From: Macrostomum lignano
Taxonomy: Eukaryota
Reading direction: 5' to 3'
Length of the DNA stretch: 64,000 nucleotides
NCBI GenBank assembly: GCA_002269645.1
Contig: NIVC01002162.1
Span: 1-64,000, forward strand
Made by a program: the position numbers and the translations under genes. Below, piece after piece: positions 56,511-64,000 of the stretch. Each line of letters begins with the position of its first letter. Positions within the stretch are counted from its first letter, which is position 1. The notes beneath the pieces were generated by a model. The model was not told the origin of the DNA, searched no databases, and worked only from the letters and a program-made list of their open reading frames with translations.

Positions 56511-59500
56511 TCAGCGCTTGCAGCACCGAGCCGCCCATTGTCTGACATCCTCCGGTCGATTGGGATACTGATTGACACCTTGCACTAGAATCTCTGGCGG
56601 CACCAGGCACACGAATTCTTCGCGTTTGCCCAGAGCGACGCCGCCAAGATCGCCGCATCCGGCGCTGTCGCTAGCTGGCGCCATCAGCCCGGATTCCAAC
56701 AGCGAGTCAAACGCTCGCCGAATCAAATCTCGTTCGTACTGCAGATGAGGCATTTTCGATTGGCAGAATCGAACGTATTCGGTGTAGACACTCTCGAAGC
56801 TGACTGGCCTGTGGCCATTGTCAATGTGATTGGCCGCCACTAGTAGGCACAGCTCAACAATGGACAAGTCGCACAGCTGAGGCAGAGCTAATTCAGTTAG
56901 CATGGACTGTTGAGCAGATTTGAAATCTTCTGCAGTTAATAGCGACTCGCCGTCTGGCAGCAGAGCCACAGCCACTGACAGCAGGTTAATGAGGGGCTTC
57001 GGCCGGCCGCCATAGATTTGCAAATGCCTGACCAGAACTGATCGACAGTTCTCGTCGTGTCGAAGTAGCGAATCAATATTAGAGTTCCATTGCTGTCCGT
57101 GTGGGGAGAGAGAGGGGAGGCAACTTGCTTAGCGACTTTATTTCACAACCATTCCGCTGACTCTTGAGCACGTAAGGCACGTCAGTACATACTGTACAAA
57201 GGCAAGCACTCTTACACTCGCTCCCACAGGGTGTACAGCGGCCCCGACTTTCTAATCGTCAGGCATGTAAACTCTGTGTGCCTTGGGGGTTGGCCCTTCT
57301 GGGTGCAACTGGCTTTAGCACCAGGGGCTTTAGCATCAGGGGCTTTAGCATCAGGGGCTTTAGCATCAGGGGCTTTAGCATCAGGGGATTTAGCACCAGG
57401 GGCTTTAGCACCAGGGGTTTTAGCATTAGGGGCTTTAGCACCAGGGGCTTTAGCACCAGGGGTTTTAGCATTAGGGGCTTTAGCACCAGGGGCTTTAGCA
57501 CCAGGGGTTTTAGCACTAGGGGCTTTAGCACCAGGGGCTTTAGCACCAGGGGCTTTAGCATCAGGGGCTTTAGCACCAGGGGCTTTATCACCAGGGCTTT
57601 TAGCACCAGGGGCTTTAGCACCAGGGCTTTTAGCACCAGGGGCTTTAGCACCAGGGCTTTTAGCACCAGGGGCTTTAGCACCAGGGGCTTTAGCACCAGG
57701 GGCTTTAGCATCAGGGGCTTTGGCACCAGGGGCGCCAACACCAGGAGCGCCAGCACGAGGGGCGCCAGCACCAGGCAACACCCTTTCCTAAGCCCTTGCA
57801 TAGCAACTTATCACCAACCCACCAAACGGTATTGTTCAACTTCAATTTCTTTAACTGCTTAACAGAATTTGAAAGCCTCAGACAAAAAAGCTAAATTTAT
57901 AAAATCCCTCGACAGAAATTTCTCAACAGAAATCGCATCTAAATCGACACAAATATATTCAAATCAAGAGAACTGATCAATTCATTGATAGTTCACTGCT
58001 ACCGCCTACCCCAACACGTCGCTTAAAATCGTTTTTTTCGGCTGCGCCAACACCGGTTGGGGCCCGCTCGGACAGGTGCAGCAGCGAGAGCGCGACGGCA
58101 ACGTACTCGTCCAGGGTCCAGTCGCATCTGTGAGAGGGTGGAGACGATTTGTTTTCAAATATACTAATTAGCCTGCAATGTGATCTCTTAGTGGTATGAG
58201 GGTCTGGGAGGCTGGCACAGCAACTGAGGATCTGGGAGGCTGGCCCAGCAACTGGGGATCTGGGAGGCTGGCCCAGCAACTGGGGATCTGGGAGGCTGAC
58301 CCAGCAACTGAGGATCTGGGAGGCTGGCACAGCAACTGAGGATCTGGGAGGCTGGCCGAGCTACTGAGGATCTGGGAGGCTGGCCCAGCAACTGGGGATC
58401 TGGGAGGCTGGCCCAGCAAATGAGGATCTGGGAGGCTGACCCAGCAACTGAGGATCTGGGAGGCTGGCACAGCAACTGAGGATCTGGGAGGCTGGCCCAG
58501 CAACTGGGGATCTGGGAGGCTGGCCCAGCAACTGGGGATCTGGAAGGCTGGCCCAGCAACTAAAGATCTTTGAAGAAAGCAAGCAGAATCCAGAGACATC
58601 CCATAATTACTAAAAACGCACCTCAGCCGAATATGCCGGTGACTGAATCGCGATTTAACCCGCTTCTCCAGCAATTCGCCAACGCTGACCCGCGAAGTGA
58701 CGCCCAGCAGGCAGACGGGCACAACGCGAGACTGGGCCACGTCTAGCAGAGTGTAGAGCAGCGACTGGCCCTTGCGCTGGGCAAACAGATCGAACTCTTC
58801 CAGCACGAACAGCACCCGCAGAGTCTCAGTGTTGCCCGACTGCAACAGGCTGATGATGAAGTGCAGCTGCTCGTTCGTGCCAGAAAAGATTCGACCTTCT
58901 AAATCGCTTTCGACGCGAAGTGTTCGAGCAATGGCCTAGGATTAACGAATAAAACAATTAGAGGATAAGTCATTGAGCGAGTTGGTGTAGAATAAAAACA
59001 ATCGGTGCTCTTTACCGATATGTATCGAAAAGTTTTGTTTTTACAGTGAGTTCTATCCACCAATAATTCAATACTTGCTCGATTCCAAGTGCAGTCACAT
59101 TAATTTGAGGCTAAATTAAATTGGAATTTTGGCTTGGCTCTGCTTGTGCAATCAACGCCCTTGAGGGCCAAACCTCCAAGGCATAATGAAGTGTATATGT
59201 TTAACGATGAATTAAGTTAAGGGCCGCTGTACATCCATGTGTGAGTGTTCCTGTGCATATGACTGCGTACGTATCAGTGCACTCAGGGGAGTTGGTGGAA
59301 TGAGCAGTAATACCTCTGTGACAATATCACTAAAAGTGTACCAATTGCCTCTAATGAAAAACTTGCCATTGTCAAATTTGAGAAATCTGTAAACATGGTT
59401 TTTAACTTGGTACCATCCTGAATTTAGACCCAGGATACCAAATGGTACTACAATTGATGCTCAAAAGCTCAGGCCCCAGACCCATACTGCAAATACAAGT

Positions 59501-59835
59501 TATATTATATACAAGTTGGCGGCACCACATACCTGCAAGGTGCTTCTATCATCAAAGTGCTCCAAGCCGTGCAGCTGTACCACGATGACGCTGCCAGCAA
59601 AATCTCGCTGTTTCCCAGCCTCTTGTAGTACAGACTGGACAAGAGCCGACTTGCCACTGCCAGGAGGCCCAGACACAATGACCGAATTGCACTGGCCATC
59701 ACGCGAGAATCTAGTAAGCATATCAAGTAGATTCTGATGCTCACTAGTTCTGTGCATTAGTTTGCGATTGTTTTCATTACTAATTTGATGCATTGCAAGC
59801 TGTTTTATTGGCAGTTTGACTAGATCTGGCAACAT
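56511..59835 (-). CDS. ORC4: Origin recognition complex subunit 4
   Basis: Exons (minus): 59835-59533, 58935-58622, 58127-58010, 57092-56511, in frame with GT-AG. Motifs: NSVIVSGPPGSGKS (Walker A), VLEEFDLFAQRKGQSLLYTLLD (Walker B region), LLEKRVKSRFSHR, and a C-terminal winged-helix-like region (SFESVYTEYVRF, AFDSLLESGL). Confidence 0.95.
57150..57300 (-). mobile_element. SINE family 2 (subtype B) fragment in ORC4 intron
   Basis: CTCGCTCCCACAGGGTGTACAGCGGCCCCGACTTTCTAATCGTCAGGCATGTAAACTC...CTTGGGGGTTGGCCC matches the core at 25833-25915 and 42563-42640. Confidence 0.72.
57305..57775. repeat. 15-bp repeat (GGGGCTTTAGCACCA)n in ORC4 intron
   Basis: About 30 units, grading into GGCGCCAGCACCAGG. 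Confidence 0.95.
58200..58565. repeat. 28-bp satellite, locus 4 (ORC4 intron)
   Basis: Same unit and orientation, with local GGCACAGC and GACCCAGC variants. Confidence 0.95.
59079..59360 (+). mobile_element. 5'-truncated SINE family 2 (subtype A) copy in ORC4 intron
   Basis: Begins inside the B box (TCGATTCCAAGTGCAGTCACATTAATT). Colinear with the reverse complement of 25700-25994 through GGGCCGCTGTACA and GGAATGAGCAGTAAT. Confidence 0.85.
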
Positions 59836-60361
59836 TGTTAACTACTAATATATCTGGAAATTAATATATGAAGCGGATAAGTAAAATCATTTTAAATCTT
59901 GTAATTATTCTACTTTTATATCATAATGATATTTCTTAAAATATAAAACAAAGTTGAAAACTGTTTTTTGATATAAATGATTAAAATAACAATGATTGAT
60001 ATATCATTCAAGTGATATTGAAAAATCAATTTTAATTTTAATATCAGTTTTAACATTGATAAAAACCAATTAGCCAAAGCTGTATATATGTTAGGCTCAA
60101 TATTAAAAGGTATGATTAAAAGTTTAAGCTAGGAGGATAAAAGCCAATAAATAAGCCTTAGCTTTAAAATGTATTAAAATGCATTAATTTTACTTAGGCC
60201 TACTAAACTAAATTATACAAACATATATGCTAAGTGGCTTAGATCTATAGACTATAATGAAATTAAATAGCTTCATTTATTTATGTTTCATTTAATTTAA
60301 AATGCAAGCAAGACAGAATAGCTATAGAGAATAGATATATTGCCAGATATACTAAAATTGA

Positions 60362-60603
60362 CAAAATTTTAGTATAGCAATAGTAGTCAAAATGCTTATT
60401 TAGCTATTTTGCAAAGTGTAGGCCTATACAAAGTAGCAACAATTATTGACTTATAGGCCTATCTATCTAAACTAAATTAGATAGATAGAACAATAAATGA
60501 CTTATTGATTATAAGTCAATAATTGTTGCTACTTTGTATAGGCCTACACTCTGCAAAATAGCTAAATAAGCATTTTGACTACTATTGCTATACTAAAATT
60601 TTG
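60362..60603. repeat. Long inverted repeat (foldback), 94-bp arms
   Basis: Arms 60362-60455 and 60510-60603 are reverse complements with 1 mismatch. The 54-bp spacer contains its own hairpin, CTATCTATCTAA/TTAGATAGATAG. Confidence 0.93.
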
Positions 60604-60834
60604 CACTTTACTAGCTAGTCTATGTGACTATCTCTAATTAGGCCTAAACAACTTTATTCATTGAATAGGAGCCTAGAGCCTAGCCTAGCCTATGCCTAAG
60701 CAATGTAATGCCATGGGTAGGTATTGTCATTGATTATGAATGCGAATCTGCAATTGACATTGCCTTGGGCCTTAGCATAGGCCCTATCTTTCAAGGTACA
60801 AGCATATATATATACATCATAAGAATTAGGTCTT

Positions 60835-61074
60835 CAAGGGTGGCGGAGCCTAATATTTGAGGGGGGCACTGGGCACAGGGCAAGGGGGCATGGGTACCTT
60901 TATAAGCTGCTAATTAGGACCTAAAATCAGAAAAGGCACAAAAAATTACCACGTGGACTCATTTTCTGGGAGGGGGGGCATGTGCCCCTGGTGCTGCAAG
61001 CGGGTGCTGACCATTTTGGCGAAAGACCACTTTGGCCCTGCAAGCAGAAACCCTGCAAGCTCCTGCCGCCCATG
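60835..61074. mobile_element. hAT-type MITE, 240 bp, 8-bp TSD
   Basis: Perfect TAGGTCTT duplication at 60827-60834 and 61075-61082. Imperfect TIR: CAAGGGTGGCGGAGC versus the reverse complement CATGGGCGGCAGGAGC. Internal G-runs. Confidence 0.85.
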
Positions 61075-62989
61075 TAGGTCTTGAGTCCTTTTTGTGAATG
61101 GATTTTTTTGTTAATGGTATTTCAATTCAATATCATATCATAGAAAAAACTGGATGCTTTGCCTTCAGTTAAAGGCTGAGCTTTGGTTAAAATAAAAAGA
61201 ATTGTTTTTTCTAGGCCCCCCTATACTTTCTATATTATATCAATTTGACAATATAGAAGACTAAATATAATGGATGGAAATAGCAAGTGCAATAGCTGCA
61301 GGCCTGCGGCCTATAGCCAGTAGACAAAGACAGACAGACACACACAGCTTGAGCTGAGCTGCTGAGTGAGGCACTTCTACTCTTGTTCTATTTTCACTCA
61401 GAACAGAACAGTAAGCTTCACAAATACACGACGCTCAGATCATGCTAGTCATGCAACCACGCTGGTCCTGTTGAGTGCTGACAGTGCAGTAGGTGTATAT
61501 GAGTGTTTAAAGTACATGTCTATGCCGACCGTTCCCGCATGCACACGCATTTTTTTGTTGGACGGACTGGGCCCGCCTGCAGGTGCAGGTCCGGCCGCGG
61601 GCCCCCGCGGACGTGACGTCCATCATTTAAATATTTCTCTATTCGGTCGTTATTCAGTTTATTACACAAACCGGAAATTCGGAATGAAATCTAGTAGAGA
61701 GGGAAAGAGTGACCATGTCCATGAGAATATAATTTTTTATGAAATTTCATCCTTTTAAGACTCATTCTCATCTGAACGTTTTTAGATTGTCTATATAGTA
61801 ATTATGACCTTTAGCTCAGCCAGTCAGCCGGCCCTACATGTACATGCATAAGCAAAAAAAGATAGTTGCGGATATAACTTAGCTAGTTGTCTTTTCTTCC
61901 GAATACATCTATTCGGTCATGAACTCTAATTTCAACTTAAAAATAAATAAAATTATAAACAGCTGCACCTGAAAATTAGCCTTTCACACAAAGCTCCTCC
62001 AATTTGATTGCATGCAGGTGAGTGCAGAGAGTCCATCATCGATCTTCTTAAGCACTCCTTGATGTAATAATTTGATTCTTATTTCATAGTGTATGTCTTC
62101 GTTGATGAGGTAAAAATTGTATAGTCTGGCCCGGGGGCGAAAAGCTTGCTTTTGGAACGTGAACAAATACAAGTGATTTCGTCATGCGAGAGCCCCTGCA
62201 GGGCATCATGCAGTATATGATGGGAGCACAGATTAACTTGCCGTTGAAATCCGCTAAAGTTCTATTTGCCTGCTCAGATATTTGCTCAAAATCTTAACAA
62301 GCATATTTTCATGTATCAAAATTAAAACGTTCTGGCAATTTTAAGATGTATATCTGCATATCGATATCGATGGAAATTTCTTGCGTGCAGGGCCGAGTGG
62401 ATGATCCAGGGTTTTCTTCTGGAGGAGGTAATTCATTTCTTTATACATATGTACAAGCTGCTGAAACCTGCGGATTTTGAACCCGGGGAATTCCAATCCC
62501 CGGAACTATTTCTGCATGCATTCTGTAGTGACTTGGCTGGGTTGATTTTTGTTAGTGATGTTAGCTTGTACTTTATTCAGTGTTTGGGGGTGGTGTTTTT
62601 ACCTGTTTCGCTATGTGCGCCTCCTACAATATCTTGATGTACGCTTCTACTCATGTACGTTCTTCATTCTGACCACTCTTGTTCTCCACCCCTAAGCCTT
62701 ATCCACTAAATGTATCGTGCTCAATATTTACAATATAAATCGCAGTCACTTGCCTCGTATCAAGCGTATATCGTTCTACAATCTAAAGTGAAGTCTTCAC
62801 ACATTAAAAAATCTATACGGTCTACTCAAATAAAAAATTGTTAATGGCTAGCATAGAGGTACATAAAATGGAGTACATTCGTATAAAATTAGGACTTGAG
62901 GCAAACATGCATTGATATTGTTGGCTGGGGTGCTGCGCAGAATGTCAGGCAATGTCTGTCTGACTCGTAAAACATGTATGGCAAACTCT

Positions 62990-64000
62990 GGCCTCTGCCT
63001 CTGCCTCTCCCTACATCCCTTGGATCCTTTGAAACTTCTATCTTCTCTTCTGTTTCCTCTCTCCTCTCTCATCTCTCGTCTCTCTTCTCTTCTCTCTTCG
63101 CATCTCTTCTCTTCTTTCCTTTCTCCTCTCTCCTTTCTCCTCTCTCCCCTCTTCTCTCGTCTCTTCCCTCATCTCTCTTCGCTTTCATCTCTCTTATATC
63201 ATCTCTTCTCTCTTTCCTCTCTCATCTCCTCCCTCCTCTCTTCTCTCTCGGTCTGCTCTCTAATCTCTCCTTTCTCCTCTGTTCTCTCTGTTCTCTCTCC
63301 CCTCTTCTCACTCCTCTCCCCTCTCTCAACACTTCCCTCATCTCTCCTCTCTCCTCTCTTATCTCTTCTTATTTTTTTTTCTGCTCTCTCCCTCTCTCTC
63401 CATCTCTCTTTCTTATCTCTCCTCTCATCTCTCTGCTCTCTCAACTACCATCTCTCCTCCTCTCTACTCTCTCCCTCTACATTATTCTCTTTCCTCTCCT
63501 CTTTCCATTTTTCCTTCTCTCTCCCTTTTCCCCTATCTCCCCTGTCCTCTACCCCTTCTCTCCCCTCCTCTCTTATCTCCTCACTCACTTCTCTCTCCCT
63601 TTTGTCTCACCTCTCATCTCTCATCTCTTATCTCTTATCTCTTATCTCTCCTCTGCTCTCTCGTCTCCCCTCTCCCATCTGTCATCTTTACTCTATTAAA
63701 TGTTCTCTCACCTGTCTCCTCTGTACTCTTTTCTTTCCCCTCTTTTGACCGATCCTTTCTTTCCTTTCTCCTTTCTTCTCTTCTCTTCTCTTCTCTTCCC
63801 TCTTCTATACTCTCTCCCTCTCTTGTCTCCTCTCTTCTCTCTCAATACTCCTCTCTCCTCCTTGATCTCTAATATTTCATTTCTCATCTCTCCTTACACC
63901 TCTCTCATCTCTACAACCTTATCTCTTCTCACTTGCCTTTACTCTCTCATCTCTCTTTTCATCTCTTTCCTCTCTCCTCGCTGCTCTCCTCTCTTCTGTC
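62990..64000. repeat. CT-rich low-complexity tract
   Basis: Almost pure pyrimidine strand with no stable unit. Confidence 0.92.

Noticed and set aside
57212-57862. (PGAKA)n elastin/collagen-like ORFs
   Set aside because: 15-bp repeat inside a phase-consistent ORC4 intron.

Overview
Eukaryotic (invertebrate animal) genomic DNA. GC-rich exons are separated by introns packed with short-unit tandem repeats. This style resembles a free-living flatworm such as Macrostomum, but that is inference only. Five host genes can be assembled from GT-AG exons: an FBXW5-like F-box/WD40 gene (-), a KDM6A/UTX H3K27 demethylase (-), a Snail-family C2H2 zinc-finger gene with no recognisable SNAG domain (+), WDR86 (-) and ORC4 (-). 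Mobile DNA includes an intact DD34D mariner with TIRs and TA duplication, a tRNA-headed CORE-like SINE, and a second tRNA-headed SINE family whose ~80 bp central domain occurs four times. There is also a 3' LINE fragment sharing that SINE's (AAGT)n tail, a hAT-type MITE (8-bp TSD), a Mutator-like MITE (10-bp TSD) and several foldbacks. Most long ORFs in the supplied track are artefacts of tandem repeats. All coordinates were read by eye; exon edges and repeat limits may be off by a few bases.
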